Shown: piece after piece, positions 8,757-17,702 of the stretch
How the letters are laid out: the number at the start of each line of letters is the position of its first letter
Position numbering within the stretch: position 1 is the first letter of the stretch
Origin: Mycolicibacterium smegmatis
Lineage (GTDB): Bacteria > Actinomycetota > Actinomycetes > Mycobacteriales > Mycobacteriaceae
Assembly: GCF_001457595.1 (NCBI RefSeq)
Contig: NZ_LN831039.1
Location: 3,600,001 to 3,632,000, forward strand
Reading direction: 5' to 3'
DNA: 32,000 bases
Notes under the pieces: model-generated
What the model was told of the DNA's origin: nothing
The model's database searches: none
What the model saw: the letters and a program-made list of their open reading frames with translations, nothing else
Translations under genes and position numbers: made by a program

Positions 8757-8778
<22 letters not shown>
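8683..8778 (-). repeat. 26-bp tandem repeat (about 3.7 copies) that duplicates the 3' end and stop codon of tpx
   Basis: The unit ccgagcgctttcagcgcttctgctag occupies 8683-8708, 8709-8734 and 8735-8760, and a partial fourth copy forms the native gene end. Each unit contains the palindrome AGCGC-tttca-GCGCT and a CTAG. Confidence 0.9.
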
Positions 8779-9251
<473 letters not shown>

Positions 9252-9361
9252 GCACAACAGTCTGTCAAAACCCGGGCCGGTTCCAACAGTCCGGGGTGAT
9301 AGCGAGCGTCGATGACGGGTGGGGCCGGGTCCGTGACGAGGGGTCTGGATGATGGGCAGGG

Positions 9362-10300
9362 ATGATCGAACTTCCTGATGCGGTACGTGCCATGGCCGCA
9401 CGCGGACCGCGGTGGCAAACCTGGGTCGACGGTCTCGCCAAACTCGTGCGCACGCAGATCGGCGACTGGGAACTGACCGTCGACGGCGCCGCCATGCATG
9501 GCTACTGCTCGATCGTCGTGCCGGTGCGTGACCGCGACGGCGCCTCGGCCGTGCTGAAGCTCTCGTTCCCCGACGACGAGACCGAACACGAACATCTCGC
9601 GCTGCGGCGGTGGGGCGGTCACGGTGCCGTACGCCTACTGCGCGCCGACCCGCATCACCGGGCCCTGCTGCTCGAACGGCTGAGCAACCGAAACCTCAAC
9701 GAGCTCTGGGACATCCAGGCCTGCGAGATCGTCGCCGGCCTCTACCGCGCACTGCACGTGCCTGCACTCCCGCAGGTGCGCTCGCTCCCCCGGGCCGTCA
9801 CCCGCTGGACCGACGGGCTGGCGGCGCTGCCGCGCAGCGCACCGGTGCCGCGCAGACTCGTCGAGCAGGCCATCACCCTCGGCGCGGATCTCGCCACCGA
9901 TCCGTCCAGTTCCGGCGTGCTGATCCACGGCGATCTGCACTACGAGAACGTGCTTGCGGGCCCGGTCGGCAGCGACGACGGCGACGACGGCGACGACACC
10001 GACGGCGGCCCGGGTTCCTGGGTGGCGATCGACCCGAAACCGTTCGACGGCGATCCGCACTACGAACTGGCCCCGATGCTGTGGAACCGCTGGGACGAGT
10101 TGACCGGATATGTGCGCGAAGGCGTACGGCGCCGGTTCTACGCAGTGGTCGACGCGGCCGGTCTCGACGCCGACCGCGCCCGTGCGTGGGTGATCGTGCG
10201 CATGATGCACAACGCGATGTGGGAGCTGACCGAACGGTCCGAGCCCGACGCTCACTGGCTCACCACGTGCGTGGCCATCGCCAAGGCCGTTCAGGACTGA
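9362..10300 (+). CDS. aminoglycoside phosphotransferase, APH(6)/streptomycin 6-kinase-like (APH_6_hur family)
   Basis: ATG at 9362; 312 aa. Kinase catalytic block VLIHGDLHYENVLAG, followed by WVAIDPKP and GDPHYELAPMLWNRWDE. N-terminal features include SAVLKLSFPDDETEHEHLALRRWGGHGAVRLL. Confidence 0.75.
   Translation: MIELPDAVRAMAARGPRWQTWVDGLAKLVRTQIGDWELTVDGAAMHGYCSIVVPVRDRDGASAVLKLSFPDDETEHEHLALRRWGGHGAVRLLRADPHHRALLLERLSNRNLNELWDIQACEIVAGLYRALHVPALPQVRSLPRAVTRWTDGLAALPRSAPVPRRLVEQAITLGADLATDPSSSGVLIHGDLHYENVLAGPVGSDDGDDGDDTDGGPGSWVAIDPKPFDGDPHYELAPMLWNRWDELTGYVREGVRRRFYAVVDAAGLDADRARAWVIVRMMHNAMWELTERSEPDAHWLTTCVAIAKAVQD
9974..10009 (+). repeat. in-frame 9-bp microsatellite (GACGACGGC-like x4) encoding an acidic DDGDDGDDTDGG insert in the kinase
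   Basis: The sequence gacgacggc gacgacggc gacgacacc gacggcggc lies immediately after the catalytic HGDLHYEN block. Confidence 0.7.
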
Positions 10301-10313
10301 CCGGTCGGCGACC

Positions 10314-11336
10314 TCAACTCGCCGAGATGGCCGCGCGCAGGCGCTCGCGCCACCACGCCACCCGGGCCGGGTCGGCCATCGCGAACTGCTCGAGAAGTTC
10401 GGGCTGCGGAGCCGGCGGCATCGGCGCGACCGGCAGGCAGCCGTCGGCGTCGGCCACCAGTGAACGCGATGCGGCCACCAGATCCCCGGTCAACAGCGGT
10501 CGGGTGCCCAACTGACATGCGAACGGCAACTCCGGCAGGGCGCCGGCCACCGCCAGGCCGGCCGCCAGCCCGATCGTGGTCTCCCACATCGAGGTGACCA
10601 CGCACGGCAGGCCGCTGGACTCGGCCACCCGCAGCGCGCGGCGCGCCCCACCGAGAGGGCCACACGCCAGGACCACGACGTCAGCGGCCTCACGCAACCG
10701 CGGGTCCACGGGCACAGCCGGATCCGCCGAGGTGTCCCGCATGGTCGCGTGCGCGGCGATGCGCACGTCGATCTCCTTGCGCAAGCGCACCAGATCGTCG
10801 AGCGTCGCGCACGGCCGCTCGACGAACTCCAGACCACCCGCGGCTGCGTCGAGTGCCGCGACCGCGGTACGCGCCGTCTGCGCGTCCCACCGGCCCCTGG
10901 CATCGCACCGCAGCGCACCCTCGGGTCCCAGCACCTCACGGACCGCAGCGACCCGCGCCGTGTCGTCGTCGAGGCTGCCGGCCCCGACCTCGACCGTCGC
11001 CGTGCGGCACGGCGATCCATCGACGATCTCACGGGCCCGCCGCACATCGACCACGGGTACCGAGACCGCGACCGGTACCCGGCCGCGCACCGGGTCCGGC
11101 CAGCCCACCGTGCCCGGTTCGATCGCCGCGGTCAGCCACCGGACCAACGCCGCATCCCCGTCCGCCGCGTCCACACCGGCACCAGGGGGACTGAACTCTC
11201 CCCAGCCCTGCGGGCCCTCGACGAGCAGGCCCTCCCGCACGGTCGCGTCGCCCACCGGATCGGTCAGCGCGATCGCGAAGGCCGGCGCACGCTCGAAGTC
11301 GATCAGGGTCTGCACAAGTTCGTGACGGTAGCCCAT
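10314..11336 (-). CDS. menC: o-succinylbenzoate synthase (enolase superfamily)
   Basis: I prefer the ATG at 11336 (MGYRHELVQTLIDFERAP...); the longest ORF starts at 11369. The actinobacterial MenC hallmark VREGLLVEGPQGWGEFSPP is present and the size is about 340 aa. Confidence 0.72.
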   Translation of the reverse strand: MGYRHELVQTLIDFERAPAFAIALTDPVGDATVREGLLVEGPQGWGEFSPPGAGVDAADGDAALVRWLTAAIEPGTVGWPDPVRGRVPVAVSVPVVDVRRAREIVDGSPCRTATVEVGAGSLDDDTARVAAVREVLGPEGALRCDARGRWDAQTARTAVAALDAAAGGLEFVERPCATLDDLVRLRKEIDVRIAAHATMRDTSADPAVPVDPRLREAADVVVLACGPLGGARRALRVAESSGLPCVVTSMWETTIGLAAGLAVAGALPELPFACQLGTRPLLTGDLVAASRSLVADADGCLPVAPMPPAPQPELLEQFAMADPARVAWWRERLRAAISAS

Positions 11337-11415
11337 CGGTACTGCGCAGCGCGCAGTATTGCCGCGCATAGAATGCGGCCATCACGGTCAAGAGACTGCG
11401 CGAACAGGAGTCCAG

Positions 11416-11670
11416 ATGACGCGGACGATTCGGCGGGGTGTGCGCACGGTGGTGTGGGGACTGTCGCTTGCCGCCCTTGCGGCGGCCCCGATGGGCGTGA
11501 CCACGATCGTGACACCTGCTGTCAGCGCCGCGTGCGCGCCCGGTGAGACCGGTGTGACCAACGGCTGCGCCCCGTTCTGCGTGCCGGGCCGCCACCTCGA
11601 CACCGCGACGGGCCTGTGCCTCAAAGACGCACCGCCACCGCCGCCACAGCTCCCCGCGCCCGCCTCATGA
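11416..11670 (+). CDS. small secreted Cys-containing protein with a poly-Pro tail (hypothetical)
   Basis: ATG at 11416 with AGGAG 6 nt upstream. The signal peptide is MTRTIRRGVRTVVWGLSLAALAAAP. The mature part has 4 Cys (CAPGETGVTNGCAPFCVPGRHLDTATGLC) and ends PPPPPQLPAPAS. Confidence 0.55.
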   Translation: MTRTIRRGVRTVVWGLSLAALAAAPMGVTTIVTPAVSAACAPGETGVTNGCAPFCVPGRHLDTATGLCLKDAPPPPPQLPAPAS

Positions 11671-11722
11671 GCGGCCGATAATCGATTCGAGCCCGAGCGC
11701 GCGGCCCGTTAGGCTGGCCGCC

Positions 11723-12388
11723 ATGCCGAAAGTCCTGACCGTCAACGTGGCGCATCCCCGCCCGAACCCGGACAACGGGAAGCGCGTCACCGGTATCGAC
11801 AAGCGCCCTGTCGACGGTGCGGTCGAGGTGCGCTCCCCCGGTCCGCGGCGCGGTGGCCTGGGCAGCGGGTTGGTGGGCGACGTCATCGGCAACTCGAAGC
11901 ACCACGGCGGTGACGATCAGGCCGTGTACGCCTATGCGCGCGAAGATCTCGACGACTGGCAGGTGGCCCTCGACCGGGAGCTCACCAACGGCATGTTCGG
12001 CGAGAACCTCACCACCGAGGGCATCGACGTGACGAACGCGGTGATCGGTGAGCGGTGGCGCATCGGAACGGGCGGCCTGGAACTCGAGGTGACGCGCCCG
12101 CGCACGCCCTGCCGGACCTTCGCGGCATTCCTCGAGATCAACGGTCTTATGAAAACCTTCACCAGGGCCGGGAATCCGGGCGCATATCTGCGGCTGGTGC
12201 GGCCGGGGCACGTGCGTGCGGGAGACTCTGTCGAGATCGTCGAGCGACCCGACCACGGCATCACCATCGGCTTCGTGTTCCGCGCGCTCACCGGCGAATC
12301 CGAGCTGCTGCCGGAGATCCTGCGCGCCGACGCGCTGGCCGCCGAACTCAAGGAGCGCGCGGGGCGGCGCGTCGGCACGGCCGGCTGA
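11723..12388 (+). CDS. MOSC domain-containing protein (YiiM-like)
   Basis: ATG at 11723; 221 aa. MOSC blocks present: GDDQAVYAYAREDLD, GENLTTEGID, and ELEVTRPRTPCRTF with the conserved Cys. Confidence 0.85.
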   Translation: MPKVLTVNVAHPRPNPDNGKRVTGIDKRPVDGAVEVRSPGPRRGGLGSGLVGDVIGNSKHHGGDDQAVYAYAREDLDDWQVALDRELTNGMFGENLTTEGIDVTNAVIGERWRIGTGGLELEVTRPRTPCRTFAAFLEINGLMKTFTRAGNPGAYLRLVRPGHVRAGDSVEIVERPDHGITIGFVFRALTGESELLPEILRADALAAELKERAGRRVGTAG

Positions 12389-12389
12389 C

Positions 12390-12917
12390 TCAGGACGTGA
12401 AGCCCGGCAACGTGATCCCGACCGCGGCGTTCTCCTCGGGAGTTCCCAGCCGGTAGCCGTAGCGTTGGGCGGTCGCCACGAAATGCGCAAGCTCGGCGGG
12501 CGTCATCGGTGGTGAGCCTGCCGAGCGGCCGATCTCGCGGAAGAACCGGCCGATCTGCGGCGTGGTGATGACCAGATCGACGGCGGGTTCGTCGGAGATG
12601 TTGCGATGTGCGTGCAGTGCGTCACCCGGGACCCGCACGTAGTCACCCGCGCGCACGTCGTGCCACTGCAGACCGTCGTCGCCGTCGATCAGCACCTGGT
12701 GTTGCCCGGACAGGATGTAGAAGTCCTCGAAATCGTTGTGGCTGTGCAGCGGAACCGCCACACCGGGCGGCAGGACCGCGCGCAGAACGCAGATCTGGTT
12801 GTGCTCGTCGTCACTGAAGGTCACGAACTCCACGGTGGGCCCGGCCGCGTCGAGGGCAGGAAATCCCGCCCCCGCAGCAAGATTCGCAATGATCCCGGTG
12901 TCCGAGGGGTGAGGCAA
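12390..12917 (-). CDS. cupin domain protein (last gene of the catalase-sigma operon)
   Basis: TTG at 12917 with CAGGAG 6 nt upstream; 175 aa. Cupin motif 1 is PLHSHNDFEDFYILSG and motif 2 is PGDALHAHRN. The longer listed ORF (to 13304) overlaps the sigma gene in another frame and is rejected. Confidence 0.75.
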   Translation of the reverse strand: MPHPSDTGIIANLAAGAGFPALDAAGPTVEFVTFSDDEHNQICVLRAVLPPGVAVPLHSHNDFEDFYILSGQHQVLIDGDDGLQWHDVRAGDYVRVPGDALHAHRNISDEPAVDLVITTPQIGRFFREIGRSAGSPPMTPAELAHFVATAQRYGYRLGTPEENAAVGITLPGFTS

Positions 12918-12949
12918 AGTCGACTCCTGTCGGTTGCTTGCTGATACGT

Positions 12950-13546
12950 CTACTGGACGGTTTCGGACACCAGACCCCGTTGCTCGGCCACCTGGCGCAG
13001 CGATGCGCGCAACTGCCGGCGGCCGCGGTGCAACCGGGACATCACCGTGCCGAGCGCGGTGCCGGTGATCTCGGCGATCTGCTTGTACGACAGGCCTTCC
13101 ACATCGGCGTAATAGACCACGATGCGGTACTGCTCGCGCAGATCGGCCAACGCCTCCTTGATCTCCGTGTCGGGCAACGCTTCCAGCGCGTCGACCTCGG
13201 CAGACCGCAGGGCATGCCGGAACCGCAGCACCTCGCCGTCGGTGACACCCTCCATCGGCACTTCGTTGGGCCGCCGCTGACGTTTGCGGTACAGGTTGAT
13301 CCATGTGTTGTGCAGGATGCGGTAGAGCCAGGCCGTGAGATTCGAGCCCTCACGGAAAGTGTGAAAACCCGTGTAGGCCCGCAGAATCGTCTCCTGCACC
13401 AGATCCTCCGCGTCCTGCGGGTTGGCTGTCAGGCGCAGCGCCGCACCGTACAAGCGGTCCACCATGGGCACCACGTCGCGCGCGAAACGCGCGCTCAGAT
13501 CGGCACCCGGACCACCGTCCGGTGCGGTCGCTGCGTGACAGGTCAT
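12950..13546 (-). CDS. ECF RNA polymerase sigma factor, SigH/SigR-like
   Basis: 198 aa. Region 2 is [47 protein letters not shown]. Region 4 is [36 protein letters not shown]. The protein is collinear by eye with M. tuberculosis SigH. Its ATG overlaps the catalase TGA (ATGA). Confidence 0.88.
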   Translation of the reverse strand: MTCHAATAPDGGPGADLSARFARDVVPMVDRLYGAALRLTANPQDAEDLVQETILRAYTGFHTFREGSNLTAWLYRILHNTWINLYRKRQRRPNEVPMEGVTDGEVLRFRHALRSAEVDALEALPDTEIKEALADLREQYRIVVYYADVEGLSYKQIAEITGTALGTVMSRLHRGRRQLRASLRQVAEQRGLVSETVQ

Positions 13547-15000
13547 CTGGCGCCCTGGCGCTTCCGTACGGCGTCCTCGATCCGGTCACCCGTCAACTTG
13601 TCGATGTTGCGCCAGTACTCGAACACCCGCTGCAACACGGGTTCGGAGACCCCATTGCTCAGGTGTCCCGCGACGTTGCCGACCAACCGGTCGCGCTCGG
13701 CGTCGTCCATGACGCGGCGCACGAGGTCACCGGCCTGCGTGAAGTCGTCGTCCTCGGCCCGCAGGGTGTAGGCGGTACGGACCATGTCCCCGTCGGCGTA
13801 CCACAGCGCCTCGTTCGTCTGGTTCGGGTCCGCGTGCGGGGCACCGTAGGAGTTCGGGGCGTACACCGGATCCGAGACGTTCGTGACGCGCATCGCCCCG
13901 TCCTTGGAGTAACTGTGCACGGGGCATCGCGGTGCGTTGACCGGGATCTGCTTGTAGTTCACCCCGATCCGCGCACGTGCGGCATCGGCGTAGGCGAACG
14001 TACGGGCCTGCAGCATCGTGTCCGGGCTCAGACCGGTGCCCGGCACCTGGTTGCTGGGCGCGAACGCGGCCTGCTCGATCTCGGTGTGGTGGTCGGTGAA
14101 ATTGCGGTCCAGCACCAACCGGCCGACGGTCACGAGCGGATAGTCGGCGTGCGGCCACACCTTGGTCAGGTCGAACGGGTTGATCCGGTAGGTCTTCGCG
14201 TCGTCGAACGGCATGATCTGGACCGCCAGGGTCCAGCTCGGGTACTCGCCGCGTGCGATCGCCTGGTGCAGATCACGCTGGTGGAAGTCGGCGTCCACAC
14301 CCGCCAGCCGGTCGGCCTCGTCCTGCGTAAGGTTTTCGACGCCCTGGTCGGAGATGAAATGGTACTTCACCCAATGGATCTCGCCTTCCGCGTTGATCCA
14401 GCTGTAGGTATGACTGCCGTACCCGTTCATGTGCCGCCACGTCCGCGGGATGCCGCGGTCGCCGAACAGCCACGCCACCTGATGTGCCGATTCGGGCGTG
14501 AGCGTGAAGAAGTCCCACTGCATGTCGTGATCACGCAGCCCGGTGTCGGCGCGGCGCTTCTGGGACCGGATGAAGTGCTGGAACTTCAGGCCGTCGCGGA
14601 TGAAGAAGACCGGTGTGTTGTTGCCGACGATGTCGAGATTGCCTGCGCTGGTGTAGAAACGCAGCGCGAATCCCCGCGGATCACGCCAGGTGTCCGGGCT
14701 TCCCCGCTCACCGGCGACCGTGGAGAAGCGGATGAGCGTGTCGGTCCGCACACCTGGCTGGAACACCGCCGCACTGGTGTAGCGGCTCACATCACCGGTG
14801 ACCTCGAAGTGGCCGAAGGCGCCCGACCCCTTGGCGTGTGGTTGCCGCTCCGGGATGCGCTCGCGGTTGAAGTTGGCCATCTGCTCGATCAGATAGTGGT
14901 CGTGCAGCAGGATCGGCCCGTCCGGACCGATGGTGAGCGAGTGCGTGTCGCTGGGCACCGGCGCGCCGGCGTCGGTGGTCGTGGCCCTCGGCTCGGTCAT
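13543..15000 (-). CDS. monofunctional heme catalase (small-subunit type)
   Basis: ATG at 15000 preceded by GGGGGAGGGA; 485 aa. Catalase signatures present: [49 protein letters not shown] and [11 protein letters not shown]. Confidence 0.93.
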   Translation of the reverse strand: MTEPRATTTDAGAPVPSDTHSLTIGPDGPILLHDHYLIEQMANFNRERIPERQPHAKGSGAFGHFEVTGDVSRYTSAAVFQPGVRTDTLIRFSTVAGERGSPDTWRDPRGFALRFYTSAGNLDIVGNNTPVFFIRDGLKFQHFIRSQKRRADTGLRDHDMQWDFFTLTPESAHQVAWLFGDRGIPRTWRHMNGYGSHTYSWINAEGEIHWVKYHFISDQGVENLTQDEADRLAGVDADFHQRDLHQAIARGEYPSWTLAVQIMPFDDAKTYRINPFDLTKVWPHADYPLVTVGRLVLDRNFTDHHTEIEQAAFAPSNQVPGTGLSPDTMLQARTFAYADAARARIGVNYKQIPVNAPRCPVHSYSKDGAMRVTNVSDPVYAPNSYGAPHADPNQTNEALWYADGDMVRTAYTLRAEDDDFTQAGDLVRRVMDDAERDRLVGNVAGHLSNGVSEPVLQRVFEYWRNIDKLTGDRIEDAVRKRQGAR

Positions 15001-15016
15001 GATGCGTCCCTCCCCC

Positions 15017-15673
15017 TCACTCGGGCCAGGTGTTGGTCAGGATGATGTTCACGAAGTCCTCGCGCTCGAACGACGGGTCGAAATGGGCCAGCACGTCGTC
15101 GTTCACGGTGCCGAACGTCGACTGCGGACGTTGCCGCACACCGTCGTTGAAGGCACGCAGGATACGGTTCTTGAAGTCAGGGCGCGGATGCACCGCGGTC
15201 ACCGCGGCCAGATCCTTCTCCGACAGATCGTCGCGGCCGATACCGAGCACGTCGGTCTCCACGCCCGCGGTCACCAGCGCCACCTCGGGATCGAGGAACT
15301 CGGGCACACCCGGCGTGGTGTGCAGCGCGATACCCAGCCACACCTTGCGTGCGGCTTCCTCACCGAACCCGCGCTGCAGCAGGAAATCTCGTGCAGCATT
15401 GGCACCGTCGACCTCGAAACGCAACGCCGAACCGGAGCGGTACGGCTCAGTCAGGCCGATGTCGTGGAACATCGCGCCGACGTAGAGCAGTTCCAGATCC
15501 GGCTGCAGGCCGCGATGCCGACCCTGCAGCGCCCCGAAGAAGAACACCCTGCGGGAGTGGTGGAACAGCAGGTCGTCCTCGACGTCGCGGATGTACTCGG
15601 TGACCTCACGCACCAATGGCGTATCGGGAACCGTGATACCGGCGACCTGGGTGGAACCGATTGACACAGACAT
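15017..15673 (-). CDS. HD-domain protein (metal-dependent hydrolase; possibly cyanamide-hydratase-like)
   Basis: ATG at 15673 with AAGGAGGA 6 nt upstream; 218 aa. HD motif elements are [12 protein letters not shown] ... [13 protein letters not shown]. The longer listed ORF (to 16099) is rejected. Confidence 0.8.
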   Translation of the reverse strand: MSVSIGSTQVAGITVPDTPLVREVTEYIRDVEDDLLFHHSRRVFFFGALQGRHRGLQPDLELLYVGAMFHDIGLTEPYRSGSALRFEVDGANAARDFLLQRGFGEEAARKVWLGIALHTTPGVPEFLDPEVALVTAGVETDVLGIGRDDLSEKDLAAVTAVHPRPDFKNRILRAFNDGVRQRPQSTFGTVNDDVLAHFDPSFEREDFVNIILTNTWPE

Positions 15674-15907
15674 GGCGAATCCTCCTTGGTTCGAACTTCG
15701 TCGATCGAGACATCTGGAAGAGTCGTGACCTCCTCGCCGGGTCTGCCGCAGTGGGACGCTTTTTGCGTTCTGCCTCCCAATAACGACGCCGCCGCCGAGA
15801 AGGATCACTTCCCGTTCTTGCGATCCGTTGTCAGTCTGCGGCGCGGCGTGAGCCGTGAGGCATGGCCGATCTGCCACATTTCCCACAAGAAGCGACACAA
15901 TGGGCGA
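15674..15907. promoter_or_regulatory. divergent promoter region between the HD/catalase operon and the GlxA-type regulator
   Basis: This is a 234-nt non-coding gap between divergent start codons, and the regulator is adjacent. I could not identify a defined operator with confidence. Confidence 0.4.
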
Positions 15908-16879
15908 ATGGCACATGCTCCGAACCGGCGCACCGTCGTGATCGTCGTCTTCGACGGGATGAAACTGCTTGACGTCGCAGGGCCGGCAGAGGTCTTCGCC
16001 GAGGCGAACCGGTTCGGCGCCGACTACGTGTTGAAGATCGCCTCGGTCGACGGTGCCGACGTCACCACGTCGGTGGGTACGAGATTCCCTGTGGACCAAA
16101 CCATCTCAGACATCGAGCACGCCGACACCGTACTGGTGTCCGGCGGCGACGACCTGGTGGGGCGGCCGATCGACCCGCAGCTGGTGGCCGCCGTGCGCGA
16201 GTTGGCGGGCCGCACGCGGCGCCTCGCCTCGATCTGCACGGGAACGTTCATCCTGGCGACCGCGGGCCTGCTCGCCGGGCGGCGCGCCACCACCCACTGG
16301 CGTCATGCGGGTCTGCTCCAACGTGCCTATCGCGACGTGTCGGTGGAACCCGACGCGATCTTCGTGCGCGACGGCGACATCTACACCTCCGCCGGGGTGT
16401 CGGCAGGCATCGACCTGGCGCTGGCACTGGTGGAACTCGACCACGGCTCGGAGCTGGTCCGCGAAGTGGCCCGCTCGCTGGTCGTGTACCTCAAACGCGC
16501 GGGTGGCCAGTCACAGTTCTCGACGCTGATCGAGTCCGATGCGCCTCAGCAGTCGGCGCTGCGGCGCGTCACCGAGGCGATCGCGGCCGACCCGGCCGCC
16601 GATCACAGTGTGCGCAGCCTCGCCAAGGTTGCGGCGTTGAGCACGCGGCAGCTCACCCGGCTGTTCCAGTCGGAACTCGGCACCACACCGGCGCGGTTCG
16701 TCGAGATGGTCCGCATCGATGCGGCGCGCGCCGCTCTCGATGCCGGAATGTCGGTGAGCGACACCGCGAGGCAGGCCGGTTTCGGCAGCCCCGAGACCCT
16801 CCGGAGAGTGTTCGTCACGCATCTCGGGGTGTCCCCGAAGGCCTACCGGGACCGGTTCCGCACCGCGGCCAGGAACTGA
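15908..16879 (+). CDS. GlxA-family transcriptional regulator (DJ-1/PfpI domain + AraC-type HTH)
   Basis: ATG at 15908; 323 aa. The N-terminal DJ-1-like domain has the nucleophile-elbow Cys (LASICTGTFILATAGLL). The C-terminal AraC HTH is LAKVAALSTRQLTRLFQSELGTTPARFV ... GFGSPETLRRVFVTHLGVSPKAYR. Confidence 0.85.
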   Translation: MAHAPNRRTVVIVVFDGMKLLDVAGPAEVFAEANRFGADYVLKIASVDGADVTTSVGTRFPVDQTISDIEHADTVLVSGGDDLVGRPIDPQLVAAVRELAGRTRRLASICTGTFILATAGLLAGRRATTHWRHAGLLQRAYRDVSVEPDAIFVRDGDIYTSAGVSAGIDLALALVELDHGSELVREVARSLVVYLKRAGGQSQFSTLIESDAPQQSALRRVTEAIAADPAADHSVRSLAKVAALSTRQLTRLFQSELGTTPARFVEMVRIDAARAALDAGMSVSDTARQAGFGSPETLRRVFVTHLGVSPKAYRDRFRTAARN

Positions 16880-16883
16880 CGCC

Positions 16884-17570
16884 TCAGACCCAGCGCGGCA
16901 GTTCGTCGCCGATGATCGTCGCGATCTTGTCGGCCATGTAGGCGTGGCCGGCGTCGGTGGGATGGATACCGTCGCCGCCGATCAGGTCGGGACGCCCGAC
17001 GAACCAGCCCGCCGCGATCGGGTCGTAGAACGACGCACCGACCTGCTCGGCCTGATCGCGCAGGATGTCACGGATCCGCAGCACCGATACGGGCACATCG
17101 GCGGTCGGCCACGGCGGTCCGATGACCAGCATCCGTGCCGTCGGCGCGATCCGCTGCGCCAGCGCCAGCGCGTCGTGGCTCATCCGGGTGATGGCCACCG
17201 GGTCGGCGTCCTTGTCGTTGCGGGAGCCGTAGAACACCACCAGCGAGTCGTCGGGTTTGACGGCCCGCGGGGTCAGATCGGCGAAGATGCTGCCCCGGTT
17301 GCCGCGCACCACATATCCGGCACCGCCCTCGGCCACCACATCGGCGTTGATCTGCACACCGCGCCTGGCCAGCGTCTGCCACGCCAGCGTCGGCCATCCC
17401 TTGGCGCCCTGTCCGCCCTCGGCGGCTCCCGTGGTGTACGAGTCACCGATCACCGCGATGTGGAAGATCTTCGGGTCGAGGCCCGAGGTCACGTAGCGCT
17501 GCGTCGGCACATTGACGAACACCCCGACCAAAAGTGCGACCGCGACCAGAAACGTGGTCAGACGACTCAC
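16884..17570 (-). CDS. SGNH/GDSL-family hydrolase with an N-terminal membrane anchor or signal
   Basis: I prefer the GTG at 17570, with GGAGG 5 nt upstream; the longest ORF starts at GTG 17582. Block I is IAVIGDSYTTG, block III is YGSRND and block V is DGIHPTDAGH. Confidence 0.8.
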   Translation of the reverse strand: MSRLTTFLVAVALLVGVFVNVPTQRYVTSGLDPKIFHIAVIGDSYTTGAAEGGQGAKGWPTLAWQTLARRGVQINADVVAEGGAGYVVRGNRGSIFADLTPRAVKPDDSLVVFYGSRNDKDADPVAITRMSHDALALAQRIAPTARMLVIGPPWPTADVPVSVLRIRDILRDQAEQVGASFYDPIAAGWFVGRPDLIGGDGIHPTDAGHAYMADKIATIIGDELPRWV

Positions 17571-17702
17571 TGAAACCTCCACTGCCGGCGAGACACTGCC
17601 GCCTCTCCCAAAAATCCCTGATCAGACTCCCAGCCAACGGTGACGCAGCGGTCACAGAGCCATAACAACCTGCGCCACAGCAAGATTGGTGGGACCCAAA
17701 GC

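Noticed and set aside
15780-15815. A SigH/SigR-type promoter (GGAA..GTT) upstream of the HD/catalase operon, which would indicate autoregulation.
   Set aside because: The only GGAAG ... CGTT pair on the minus strand is separated by about 23 nt, whereas about 17-19 nt is expected. I saw no other candidate.
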